Origin: a virus
Virus record (IMG/VR): IMGVR_UViG_3300037882_003529
Span: 4,462-68,461 of that record
Direction: 5' to 3' (one strand)
Length of the DNA stretch: 64,000 nt
Numbering within the stretch: position 1 is the first letter of the stretch; each line of letters starts with the position of its first letter. Below, one piece after another: positions 44,182 to 53,842 of this stretch. Position numbers and translations under genes: made by a program. The notes beneath the pieces were generated by a model. The model saw only the letters and a list, made by a program, of their open reading frames with translations, searched no databases and was not told where the DNA came from.

Positions 44182-44237
44182 CTCTCGATTGGGTTGTTAG
44201 TTTATTCTAACACAATCTTTATCGAAAGTAAACAGTC
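44182..44237 (-). promoter_or_regulatory. T4-type early promoter plus leader, copy 2 of a 56-bp direct repeat
   Basis: identical to 3111..3166. Confidence 0.8.
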
Positions 44238-44343
44238 ATCAAAACAATAACGCCGCCGACATGGTCAAACCGATGTGATAGTTTCTAGGAACCCCTCCCA
44301 GTGGTGCCAAAAACACAGTAGCCGGCCAGGAAACTTTATTGTT

Positions 44344-44865
44344 TCAGAGAGATTCGGTTTGAGATTTTAGCCATTTAGCTGTCCAATATGCATCAGCGAT
44401 ATCGGTATATGGCGAAGTAAGAGGAAGAAGCTTGCATCCAATAGCATTACAGAAAGCCTCAAGCATTTGAGCTTTGTCAGCATTTCCTTTATCAGTCGCA
44501 AATTTCTTTATTTGAGCAGGACTTGGTCGCTCGATTTTAGATTGGTAGTTTAGAATTTTAGAAATCAAAATTCCAGTGTTTTCGCCGATTTGGAATACTC
44601 GACCTTTTGCGCCAAAAGCGTAACCTTCAATAGCAACTGCAGTTGCCTCTTTAGAGAGTTTAGAAAAAATCTCTGCAATTGCCATATATCGTGGAATGTC
44701 TTTAAGACCAGGATCAGAAAAGCAGATTAATTTGATGTTTGGGATTGTGTCATTCCAAAAATTCAAAATCTTTTGAGGCTTTTTAGACAAGCAATAAGCT
44801 GTTGAGTTCTCCAGATTAAATGCTGCTGGAGAACTCATTGAATAATCGTAGCCTATGCAACTCAT
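44344..44865 (-). CDS. RuvC-like Holliday junction resolvase
   Basis: GYDYSMSSP, IEGYAFG, IGENTG, IKKFATDKGNADK, DIADAY. Confidence 0.85.
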   Translation of the reverse strand: MSCIGYDYSMSSPAAFNLENSTAYCLSKKPQKILNFWNDTIPNIKLICFSDPGLKDIPRYMAIAEIFSKLSKEATAVAIEGYAFGAKGRVFQIGENTGILISKILNYQSKIERPSPAQIKKFATDKGNADKAQMLEAFCNAIGCKLLPLTSPYTDIADAYWTAKWLKSQTESL

Positions 44866-45038
44866 TCAGATTCTTCGTCTTCTTCTGCACCACAAATCAA
44901 ATCAATCGCTTCTTCGATGATCTCGTCTAAAGGAGGAGTAGGCGGTTCTGGAAATTTCGCAGGTGCCGATAATTCGTTTCTTTTACGAGCATGTCGAAAA
45001 TGAGTAGTTGATTTTCTTTTTGAAGACATAAAAACCTT

Positions 45039-45497
45039 TTATTGAGAAACGATCCAATCAAATACTTCAGAAGCATGCTTATCAGTTGGCATAGCTGAAA
45101 TACCAGAAGGACGAATACCAAATTCTGAAATTCCATTATAGCCTCGTGGATCCTTTAATTCCGGTCTTTCAGAATTATTCTTGAAGGCTAATTTGACTTG
45201 TAATTGGTTTTTGGTTATTGTGATAAAAGGCGAAATACCATTGGCTTTCAGTTTTGTTAGCCCTTTCACTAACAAATTTAGATCTTTTTGTGCTTTATCA
45301 TTAAGCTCAACTGCATTCTTAAGAGTAAAACTTGGCTTTTTCTGATCTCCGCCAAAATCAGCTGCCCCAGTATAAGTTTTTCCGTTTGGGCCATCTTTAA
45401 CTTTTAGAGGTTTCCCAAATGTACCAAAAACTCCTGGAACATATTCAATTTCTTCTGGTTTGTTAGCTTCGGATTTAAGATATTTGAGAAATGACAT
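45039..45497 (-). CDS. hypothetical protein, possible internal head protein
   Basis: N-terminus MSFLKYLKSE resembles T4-type FxxYLxE leaders. Confidence 0.55.
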   Translation of the reverse strand: MSFLKYLKSEANKPEEIEYVPGVFGTFGKPLKVKDGPNGKTYTGAADFGGDQKKPSFTLKNAVELNDKAQKDLNLLVKGLTKLKANGISPFITITKNQLQVKLAFKNNSERPELKDPRGYNGISEFGIRPSGISAMPTDKHASEVFDWIVSQ

Positions 45498-45681
45498 TTG
45501 TTTGTTTCCGTATGAATTGTCTATTTAATGACTTCCAGAATAGATAATGAATTAAAGGAGAAGAAATATGATCACATTCGTGTTTGGAGTTATCGTTGGA
45601 TGGACTCTTATTCCGCAACCAGAATCAATTGGTGGTTCTTTGCGAGCATTATGGAACAAAATTAAACCGAAAGGATAAAAT

Positions 45682-46122
45682 ATGGATGAAACCGGATTAG
45701 TGATTGAAAATGTTCGAAGAGGTGATACTCTTCGCAGAACATTTATTTTCATCGATAAAGTAACAAAGTTAAGAATTCCTATTCAAGACAAATTGTTTCA
45801 ATGGACATTCAAAACAAATAAAAGCTTAGACGATGAACATCCAAGTGTTATCAAACTTGTAGTTGATCTAAGTCAGCCTGATCCTCTTGGAATAAAATAT
45901 CATGACCTAAATTCAGCTTTAGGTAAAGTGACATTGCGTCTTTCACCAGAATTAACCAAGAAATTCACAGAAGTTGAATACTTCTGGGATCTTCAAGAAG
46001 TTATTCCTCTATATGACGGCGAAGATTTAAAAGATCATGATGTTATTTCACATCTTTCAGGTGTTTGTTATCCTGTGCTGGATGTAACAAAGAATTATTC
46101 ACAAGGGACTTTAGTTCCGTAA
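45682..46122 (+). CDS. probable virion structural protein (BppU-N-like Ig fold)
   Basis: RRGDT..GKVTLRLSPELT..YFWDLQ pattern. Confidence 0.55.
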   Translation: MDETGLVIENVRRGDTLRRTFIFIDKVTKLRIPIQDKLFQWTFKTNKSLDDEHPSVIKLVVDLSQPDPLGIKYHDLNSALGKVTLRLSPELTKKFTEVEYFWDLQEVIPLYDGEDLKDHDVISHLSGVCYPVLDVTKNYSQGTLVP

Positions 46123-46141
46123 TCGATCATAAAGGAAAATC

Positions 46142-46807
46142 ATGGCTAAATATCTACAAGGTGCTTCTTCTACAGCACCAAACGCTTTTCTATCAAGCAC
46201 CGTTAATGCTATATCGGTAAATGGAGATTCTTTAGAAACTAGCGAAGAAGTTCAACGTATTGTTGTTTCTTATCCATTTCCTGACGGAGAAGGAGGAGTA
46301 GGAGTTCAAGACATTACACCAGAAGGTGTAGTCTGGTCAGTGAATATTCGAATGAATGGAGATGATGTCAGTCCTAGTAATCCAGTGCCAACTGAAATAA
46401 CATTTAGAACTGAATTCAATGGATCGACTTTTTATCCAATTTCTTACGATACTCCTTTACCAACACTTCCAGTTTCTGCTTTATCTGCAAATCAAAGCGC
46501 AGAACAAGACATTTCTGTGATAACTGGCAATCATAGATTAGCGTATTTTGGTGGAGTTAACCAAGATCCTAGACGTGATTATTCTTATTTAGAAGCGCTA
46601 ATAAAAAACGACACTGATTCTGAGGTTATAATTCGACTAGACAATTGGACTTTTGGGTTCTCAAATCCAGTAGTTTTATCAGAATACTTAATTCCAGCCG
46701 GAAATTCTGAGTTTATTAGAACTAGAATAGCTCGTGGTGCTCATGAATTACTTCTTACATCTTACGGTTCAAGCGGAACTTTACGCTATTCAGTGTATTT
46801 GAGTTAA
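46142..46807 (+). CDS. hypothetical beta-rich protein, probable virion component
   Basis: plus-strand operon, AGGA RBS. Confidence 0.55.
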   Translation: MAKYLQGASSTAPNAFLSSTVNAISVNGDSLETSEEVQRIVVSYPFPDGEGGVGVQDITPEGVVWSVNIRMNGDDVSPSNPVPTEITFRTEFNGSTFYPISYDTPLPTLPVSALSANQSAEQDISVITGNHRLAYFGGVNQDPRRDYSYLEALIKNDTDSEVIIRLDNWTFGFSNPVVLSEYLIPAGNSEFIRTRIARGAHELLLTSYGSSGTLRYSVYLS

Positions 46808-46989
46808 GATGCTGCATCATTTCGCCACCACAACTCCTCCATATGTACCGGAAAATCAAGTAGCAAAGATATATCCTACGATTTTTGTTACAGTGGAAAC
46901 TGTTTCTACAATTGAAGTTTACGTTAATCCGACTTCAGTTATAGAAATTCAAGTGCCCTCAGTTCCGGTGTCTTTCGTTCAACTTTAAT

Positions 46990-47016
46990 TTCAGAGGAGA
47001 CAATGTCTCCTCTGAA
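46990..47016. terminator. bidirectional terminator between convergent genes
   Basis: TTCAGAGGAGACA-A-TGTCTCCTCTGAA. Confidence 0.7.
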
Positions 47017-47024
47017 CCTTTTAG

Positions 47025-48932
47025 TTATAGAATTTCGCAAACATCTCCACTACACGCCATTGTTTGTGTAGCTACAGTTTGATCTACTCCATTTTCATAA
47101 AGTCCTAATTTACTCCAATCAGAGTTTTTAGGCATTTTAGCTTCAAGTTCAATCAATTCAGCTTCAGTCACTTCTTGATAAGGAGCTTGACGATATGAAT
47201 GATCACTATGTGGTAAGAAACTTACTCCACCAATTTGATCAAAATGATCATAAACCCATGCACCAACAGACAACCACTCATGTTCTTTAACGTATACAGT
47301 GATTGATGGATTGTGTTCACACCAGTTTTCTTTAAAGATCAAATAGTGTTCAAGTTGATCTATCGCAGAAATATCATTTCTAAAAACAGAGGTTGCAGGA
47401 GCTCTAATTGGAAATGAGAACACATACGTCATATCTGGCTTCATGACGTCGTCTTCATGAGGAAATCCTTCATCGACCATCAGTAAAGCAAGTGGATCTT
47501 TTTTGTCTGCTCGAACTGTTCGAATATAGAATTTAGAGTATCGTGGATGTATACCAGAAGCAGAATCTACAAGAGTGGAAACTGTTCCGCTTGGTTTTAC
47601 TGTCGTGATCGCTGCAGAAGGATTAATTCCGAGTTTATTAGCCCATTCTTCGTTGGTTTCTACAGTCAATTCTCTTAATGATGTAAGAATTGTAGACAAA
47701 CCAGATTCATAAGAATCTTCACGTCCTGAAAGGATAGGGTGATCCATAATTCCAGTCATCGAAACACCAAGCAATCTTTCTTCTTCGGCGTTTTTCTTCC
47801 ATATCGGTCTAAGATATTTGAAGTTAGTTAATGTAGATTGGAATGTGCCCATAATAGAAGCAATTCGAACCTTTCGCTTTAAATCTTCCAAGGTATCAGT
47901 TGATCTTACGACTGCTTCAGTAAGATTACAAAATCCATTCGGTCGTAAAATGATTTCACCGCATGGATTTGTACCATATTCGAAATTAGGATTTCTACGA
48001 CCGTATTCTTTTGCTTTTTTAACTGCACTTAATCTTGAGAAAATGCCACGCTCTCCAGACTTTGACTCATAAAGAGAAAGCCATTCTTTCATGAAGATAC
48101 CAATTTCAGGTCGATCAGCATAAACGGCAGAATTATTCGCAAGAGCTCGTTGAGCGTTGGTTTCCCACCATTGTCCTGATTTTGCTGTTCGCATTCGATC
48201 ATCACTCAAATTAGAGAGACTAATCAGAGCAGAACGACGAACTCCACCTACAACAACAATATCACCGATTTTGCAAACAATATCATGACATTCAATGCTT
48301 TTTAATTTTCGACCTACAGCGCCTTCGAAAGTTTTAATTGTGAATTGGAATAAATCGACCAACGGTTCAGGACCTGACGCTCGACCTCCAAAAACTTTTA
48401 AGCGAGCTCCTTTTGGACGGACTTTTGAAACATCCCATTTAGGAATTTTTCCACTCCAAAGAAGACTTAACAATTCACGATATGCTGAAGCCCATCCAAT
48501 TTTAGAATCAGCAACAACAATCGTTGTATCAGATCGATGTAATTCTTCAGGAACTTCAGGTAATTTAGCAATATTCTGTCGCTCAACAGAAAAACCAACT
48601 CCAGTTCCTAACATCAGAATATAGAGAATTTCGTCAAATGCTCGAGGATGATCGATTGGAGTATAAGAACAATTATATCCTGCTACTTCATCTCGGTCTA
48701 AAGCTTGTCCTGCAACCATCAAACATCTCATTGATGGCATCACATCACAATTTAAGATTGCTGTTCTAATCTCTTCTTTTGGATATGTGTCTGGAAATCT
48801 TCCAGCGAAAAAGTTGACATATCGATCAACAGTTTCTTCCCAATTTTCACGACGTCCTAGATCATCTCTCCATCTAGCATAACGGCTTGCGTGAACATAT
48901 CTTTGTAATTCAGTGCTTAATACTTCTGACAT
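47025..48932 (-). CDS. nrdJ: class II (B12-dependent) ribonucleotide reductase, monomeric type
   Basis: MPSMR, YNCS, GGVRRSALI, TNPCGEI, FCNLTE, KPSGTVS, EHNPSITV, C-terminal CSGDVCE. Confidence 0.93.
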   Translation of the reverse strand: MSEVLSTELQRYVHASRYARWRDDLGRRENWEETVDRYVNFFAGRFPDTYPKEEIRTAILNCDVMPSMRCLMVAGQALDRDEVAGYNCSYTPIDHPRAFDEILYILMLGTGVGFSVERQNIAKLPEVPEELHRSDTTIVVADSKIGWASAYRELLSLLWSGKIPKWDVSKVRPKGARLKVFGGRASGPEPLVDLFQFTIKTFEGAVGRKLKSIECHDIVCKIGDIVVVGGVRRSALISLSNLSDDRMRTAKSGQWWETNAQRALANNSAVYADRPEIGIFMKEWLSLYESKSGERGIFSRLSAVKKAKEYGRRNPNFEYGTNPCGEIILRPNGFCNLTEAVVRSTDTLEDLKRKVRIASIMGTFQSTLTNFKYLRPIWKKNAEEERLLGVSMTGIMDHPILSGREDSYESGLSTILTSLRELTVETNEEWANKLGINPSAAITTVKPSGTVSTLVDSASGIHPRYSKFYIRTVRADKKDPLALLMVDEGFPHEDDVMKPDMTYVFSFPIRAPATSVFRNDISAIDQLEHYLIFKENWCEHNPSITVYVKEHEWLSVGAWVYDHFDQIGGVSFLPHSDHSYRQAPYQEVTEAELIELEAKMPKNSDWSKLGLYENGVDQTVATQTMACSGDVCEIL

Positions 48933-48945
48933 CTATTGCTCCTAG

Positions 48946-49965
48946 TTAACGACATCTTTTCCACTCTGTTAATTTTAAAAGGGCTCCCATGCCTTGATAT
49001 GAATGGCGTATAGCCAATGCTGTAATTTCTGAACGGCTTAGTTTTAATTCAAGGTTAAGTTCATTGGGATCTTTTTCTTGGTACTTCTCTGGCATCAATG
49101 TAACTCGTGCTCCGGATTCGGCGAGTGCTTTGATTTTTCTGACCACTTGTGGATTTCTTGGCTCTTGGTCAAGATACCATATACAATTTGTGAAATCTTT
49201 TTCTGAGGCGTTTTGGGCTCCACAGATTGCAATTGAATTTTCGACAAAAAAGGTATCAAATGGACCTTCCAAAATAACTACAGGATGGTCTGTAATTATG
49301 TTGTCTCGGCCGAATATCATTTTTCCTGGCTTAAATTGAATTGTTGCATATCGAAGCTTAGATTTATTGATTGCTCGACCTTGAACTCCGATTATTCCAT
49401 TAATTGGATCAATTAATGGAATAATAATTCTTCCTTCTTTTTGTTTGACTTCAATTGGTGCCATGGACAAAGTTTTACAAGTTGTCCAAAAATCTTCTGA
49501 CCACCAGAGTCTATTCAACATTTCTTCTGGAATTCCGCGATTATCGCAGTAAATTCGAGCTGGATGAGACCAATGAATTACAGATAAAGGTTCGAAATGA
49601 TCAGACAGTTTAAGAACTTTCTTGAATTCTGGTCGATCATAGAATGTCTTTTTGTTATTCCAAAAATCAACATCAATTTCTTTTGGAGCTTTTCCAGAGA
49701 ATTTTTCGAAAATGTATTTTCGATATGTGTCAGGAAAATGATCTTTTAGTAACGTAGAAAAAAGACAATGCTTTCCACAATTGAAACAGCGATAAGAAAG
49801 CTCACCGGGGTTCTTTATAGATCTCTTAAGGTTTCCTCTTGCTTTAGTTTTGTCTTTATCAGAATCTCCGCAATAAGGACACCGAAAATTGTATCGGTCT
49901 GGTCCTGGTCTTGAAAATCTGAGCAGACTCGACGAAATTTCGAAAACGTAATGAGAATCAATCAA
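48946..49965 (-). CDS. 61: DNA primase (T4 gp61-like)
   Basis: NFRCPYCGDS, CFNCG zinc ribbon, QGRA, EGPFD, DQEPRN, KDPNE. Confidence 0.95.
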   Translation of the reverse strand: MIDSHYVFEISSSLLRFSRPGPDRYNFRCPYCGDSDKDKTKARGNLKRSIKNPGELSYRCFNCGKHCLFSTLLKDHFPDTYRKYIFEKFSGKAPKEIDVDFWNNKKTFYDRPEFKKVLKLSDHFEPLSVIHWSHPARIYCDNRGIPEEMLNRLWWSEDFWTTCKTLSMAPIEVKQKEGRIIIPLIDPINGIIGVQGRAINKSKLRYATIQFKPGKMIFGRDNIITDHPVVILEGPFDTFFVENSIAICGAQNASEKDFTNCIWYLDQEPRNPQVVRKIKALAESGARVTLMPEKYQEKDPNELNLELKLSRSEITALAIRHSYQGMGALLKLTEWKRCR

Positions 49966-50358
49966 GTGAAATTTACCGTACTAACAAAACAAAATTTCTT
50001 AATGTATGCAATTAAAGCATATGAATGCCCAACCGCAAAATCAAACGACGATTTCAAAAAAGACATGAAAGCTTTTCCTTATATTGGAAAATTCTTAAAT
50101 CGAATGAAACGTCTAGACAATGATGAACCCAAATGGAGATTGTTGATTAACCATATCATAAATCTGCTTAATATCTTCAGACCTGTTGCTACAACTAGAA
50201 TGCTATTATTCTATTTCCCGAAATTAGAAGACCGAGCAATCATATTGGCAATTCTAGATGGATTGAAAAGTACACCAGCTCCTGAAAAAATCAAGGAAGT
50301 CGATATTCTTGAAATTAAACGGGATAAGCGGGTCGAAATTTATATGCGCAGTCTCTGA
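49966..50358 (+). CDS. conserved T4-like hypothetical protein
   Basis: LTKQNFLMYAIKAY..RLLINHIINLLNIF motif; GTG start abuts primase start. Confidence 0.7.
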   Translation: MKFTVLTKQNFLMYAIKAYECPTAKSNDDFKKDMKAFPYIGKFLNRMKRLDNDEPKWRLLINHIINLLNIFRPVATTRMLLFYFPKLEDRAIILAILDGLKSTPAPEKIKEVDILEIKRDKRVEIYMRSL

Positions 50359-50522
50359 TAGATAATCCATCATAAATCTTGAGACAATGCTATGAAACCA
50401 ACAAAGCCTTTAAGCGGCCTATCAAGAAAACGTGAGGCAACTACAACAGCAAACATTCCTTCTGTTCCAGTTCCAGTGTTTAAGAAACCAATGTCCAATC
50501 CTCCACCAAAGAGGAAGAAGTA

Positions 50523-51113
50523 ATGCCAATTGCGATGGGGGAAGCTGTAATCATTGCAGCTTTAATAGGATTGTTTGGTTCAATTTTGATCTTTTTTCTA
50601 AATGCTTGGAAAGAAAGACGTAAATTGAAATTATCAAACGACGTAATTGAAGGCATGAGAAAAAGCCAGATTATCTACTCAATTGTAGAAGAAATTGTTT
50701 CGACTTCTTCCACAGAAAGAGGAATAATTTTTGCTGGTCATAATTCAGGCGGAATTCCACGACCAAGTTCTTCTTTTTGGGTTTCTTCGATTTATTGGCA
50801 TGCTAGAACACCTCAACAAGAGAAACAATTATCAGAATATCAAAAACTTGAAGTTGATTCTCATTACATTTCAAATTTGTTAGATTGCGAACGAAGAGGT
50901 ATGGTAGTTCTTTCTACAGAAAAAATGCCTTCATGTCTTTTGAAGAGATATTACGAAGCTGAAGGCGTTCAGCATTCTATTGTTTTCTTTTTGAAAATCG
51001 TTGAAAACAAATTTTTGTATCTGTCGGTCGCTAAATATGATGCAACGCCATACGACGAAAAAGAAATCACAAAGATCGACATGAAAGTCGGAATGATTCG
51101 TTCTCTAATTTGA
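50523..51113 (+). CDS. single-TM protein with GAF-like C-terminal domain (holin T-like architecture)
   Basis: N-terminal TM then HNSGG..LLKRYYEAEGV alpha/beta domain. Confidence 0.5.
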   Translation: MPIAMGEAVIIAALIGLFGSILIFFLNAWKERRKLKLSNDVIEGMRKSQIIYSIVEEIVSTSSTERGIIFAGHNSGGIPRPSSSFWVSSIYWHARTPQQEKQLSEYQKLEVDSHYISNLLDCERRGMVVLSTEKMPSCLLKRYYEAEGVQHSIVFFLKIVENKFLYLSVAKYDATPYDEKEITKIDMKVGMIRSLI

Positions 51114-51116
51114 CAA

Positions 51117-51932
51117 CTAAACCATTTTCTTAAAATTCAGAGATTTTGAACTACTCTGAATAAATCCTTCTTCTACAGATTTGCCTTTCTCGATAGAATA
51201 AACTAACTTGAGATTAGATGGCAAATCTGTAGGGGTAAGAGAAACCCAATCGAATTTAATTTCAATACCAATCTTAGGATCGTAGTGAAATCCTCTAAAT
51301 TTGATTGCTGTGACATCTCTCATTAGATTTTTAGCTAAAGCATCTGTTACTGTAGCATTTGTAGATTCTCTAAATTTTCCTTTGTAATCCACATACTTAA
51401 ATCCAGTGGATTTTATTTTGGATTTAAGCCGATCAATGAATTCTTTTGGTGGCGAAAATCGAAGATAAGGTTCTAAATTAGAAAGAATCTGAACTGAAGT
51501 CGAATTGACCCACAAATATTTGACTCCTTGCTCAACCGAGACTGAAACGTTATTGACATTATTGATGTTGTCGATTCGTTTAGTTCGGTTCACTCCTGTT
51601 ATCAACAGGGAACAAGAACCAAGAGACATTATAGTTACATCAATCAAGTTCTTGATGTACTCTGTGGTGTCTCTGGTGATCACGGGTGCCTTGAATTTTT
51701 CAGCAACCAAGGTGACTGTATGACCTTGAATTTGAATTTCATACAGTGGTCTAAATTTATTTCTATCGACTGCTTTGGCAGTTGGATCTATTTGTCGAAC
51801 TTGATCTAAAACTTCCAACAAAGTTTTCTTTGCTGAATGATCTGATACAATCACAATGATTCGATTTGATCGATCAATGGCAGCGTCTAATTTGATTCGA
51901 AGTAAAGAGGTCAGTAATTCTTTAGAAGTCAT
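51117..51932 (-). CDS. hypothetical protein
   Basis: ORF 51117..51944, TGATG-coupled start MTSKE. Confidence 0.6.
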   Translation of the reverse strand: MTSKELLTSLLRIKLDAAIDRSNRIIVIVSDHSAKKTLLEVLDQVRQIDPTAKAVDRNKFRPLYEIQIQGHTVTLVAEKFKAPVITRDTTEYIKNLIDVTIMSLGSCSLLITGVNRTKRIDNINNVNNVSVSVEQGVKYLWVNSTSVQILSNLEPYLRFSPPKEFIDRLKSKIKSTGFKYVDYKGKFRESTNATVTDALAKNLMRDVTAIKFRGFHYDPKIGIEIKFDWVSLTPTDLPSNLKLVYSIEKGKSVEEGFIQSSSKSLNFKKMV

Positions 51933-53329
51933 CAAAATTTCCAAGTATCAAATGATTTTTCAGGAGGCTTTTCGTGAGTTAATTTCTTCACGGCTTCAGC
52001 CTTCTCTCTATTTTCTTTGAATTGCTCTCTTGGGTCTTCAGTCGACAAATCATGAAGTCTCATCTGAGCTTTATGAATACCCATTGGAAATTTGATATTC
52101 TTTTCAGTGATTGGGCCATATCGATTTTTAAGTTGTTTGAACATAATCAAACCACGAGCATCCATTTCTACGCTTGTAATAATCCCAAGGAATAAATCAA
52201 GAGAATTTGGCAAACCAAAAGATTCAGAAGTGTCATCAATATTGATGTCTTCTCCGCTAGAAAAACCACCTCTATTAGACTGGGTAGACGACCACATCAC
52301 TGCATTCCATTCAACAGCAAGTCCTCTTAATTCTTCGCCGATAGCTTTAATTAAGAAGAATGATCCAGCATCGGATTTCAGTCTTTGACTTGCGCAGATA
52401 TTCACATAATCGACAATGATGACGTCAGGAACAAATCCATCCTGAGCTTTCCATTGCTTTAACAAGAATCTCATGTGACCAACATGAGTACTTGAAGTTG
52501 GGAACTGCTTGATCTTCAGATTCCCATGAGTTAATTCTTTGAGCTTTGAAATTCTAGAAAGATAAGCATCTTTCGGTAAACTTTCTAGATTATCGATATC
52601 GATTTTAAGAAGATTTGCATCAATTCGTTCTCGAATTTTCTGTTCGCTCATTTCCATACTGAAGTAGGCAACATTTTTGCCTGCCATCAGATAGTTTGCC
52701 GACATATGGCATTTCGTTCCAGTTTTAAATCCACCAGTCTGAGTAGACATGAAAATGTTAAAAGTTCCTCGAGATGGACCACCTTTGGTGATCAAATCGA
52801 ACATTTTTATTCCAGTGGGAAGTCTTACTTCATCAGAATGATAATACTCATATTGTTCTTCGGCATCTCTAAAATAATCGTGACCAATCGATTGGTCAAG
52901 AGATACACTTAGAGAATTTTCAAACAACTGCGGCAATGAATCAATTGTTTGCTTCTTGTCATGGCCTTCTAGAATAAAAATGGCATCTTTAACGGCCATA
53001 AACACTGATCGATTTTTTAACCAAGCTTGAGTTGAATCGATCAGCCACTCAGAATCTACTTCAAATCTTTGTTCTCTCAAATGTTCTAATTTGTCATTGA
53101 TTTGTTTGTTGACTTCTTCAGAAACGTGCAAAGCTGCCGCTTCAACAAACAAAGAATCCCATGTAGGTTTTCTACTAAATCGAGCCCAATGATTTTTGAT
53201 CAATTGACAAATTCGTCTTTCATCTTCGCCTGAAAAGAATCTTTCTTGTATGACTTCGATAGCTCTATTTGAATATGTCTCGTCAGTGATCAACTTTTCA
53301 AGAATCATATCCTCCATTCGTTCTGACAT
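51932..53329 (-). CDS. 41: replicative DNA helicase (T4 gp41-like)
   Basis: IGHDYF, variant Walker A QTGGFKT, SMEMSE, IVDYVNI, EELRGLAVE, SESFGLP, KQLKNRY. Confidence 0.95.
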   Translation of the reverse strand: MSERMEDMILEKLITDETYSNRAIEVIQERFFSGEDERRICQLIKNHWARFSRKPTWDSLFVEAAALHVSEEVNKQINDKLEHLREQRFEVDSEWLIDSTQAWLKNRSVFMAVKDAIFILEGHDKKQTIDSLPQLFENSLSVSLDQSIGHDYFRDAEEQYEYYHSDEVRLPTGIKMFDLITKGGPSRGTFNIFMSTQTGGFKTGTKCHMSANYLMAGKNVAYFSMEMSEQKIRERIDANLLKIDIDNLESLPKDAYLSRISKLKELTHGNLKIKQFPTSSTHVGHMRFLLKQWKAQDGFVPDVIIVDYVNICASQRLKSDAGSFFLIKAIGEELRGLAVEWNAVMWSSTQSNRGGFSSGEDINIDDTSESFGLPNSLDLFLGIITSVEMDARGLIMFKQLKNRYGPITEKNIKFPMGIHKAQMRLHDLSTEDPREQFKENREKAEAVKKLTHEKPPEKSFDTWKF

Positions 53330-53778
53330 TAGTTTAGAGCCTTTTTTGCTTTTTCTTTTTGAAATCGAATTTCCATTTCTTTTAGCTTGAACGCTGCCAC
53401 TACATGCATAGCAAGATTTTCAAGATATTCAGAGACGGGTTTATCATATTTTAATAGACATCTTTTGATTTTTGCTGGCATATAAGGAGATTCACCTCCA
53501 ACTATATCGCCTAATTCAACAGAATTGACTATTAAAAATAATGGATTTCCTACAATATCAAGCCGATAAATCTCGATTCTCGGTTCATATTGAACAACTA
53601 ATTTAGAAGCAGATTGAAGTCTAGCAACGTCTAATTCTTTAGGAGTTATATTGCCTGACCATTCTACATGGTAAAATTTTTCTAGAATCATGAACTCCAA
53701 AATGTCAGAAAAATCTGATGGGCTATGAGTATGACCAGCAATAAGATTTTGAATTTGATGTAGATGAATTGATGACAT
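53329..53778 (-). CDS. hypothetical protein
   Basis: AGGAG RBS, between uvsX and 41. Confidence 0.6.
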   Translation of the reverse strand: MSSIHLHQIQNLIAGHTHSPSDFSDILEFMILEKFYHVEWSGNITPKELDVARLQSASKLVVQYEPRIEIYRLDIVGNPLFLIVNSVELGDIVGGESPYMPAKIKRCLLKYDKPVSEYLENLAMHVVAAFKLKEMEIRFQKEKAKKALN

Positions 53779-53794
53779 ACATGCTCCTTAAATG

Positions 53795-53821
53795 AGAAAT
53801 CCTGGATATTCCAGGATTTCT
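53795..53821. terminator. hairpin after uvsX
   Basis: AGAAATCCTGGA-TAT-TCCAGGATTTCT. Confidence 0.65.
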
Positions 53822-53842
53822 TGATCTACCAAAAGAAAATTA

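Noticed and set aside
35858-48932. Group I introns or inteins in thyA or nrdJ
   Set aside because: Both ORFs are continuous and of normal length
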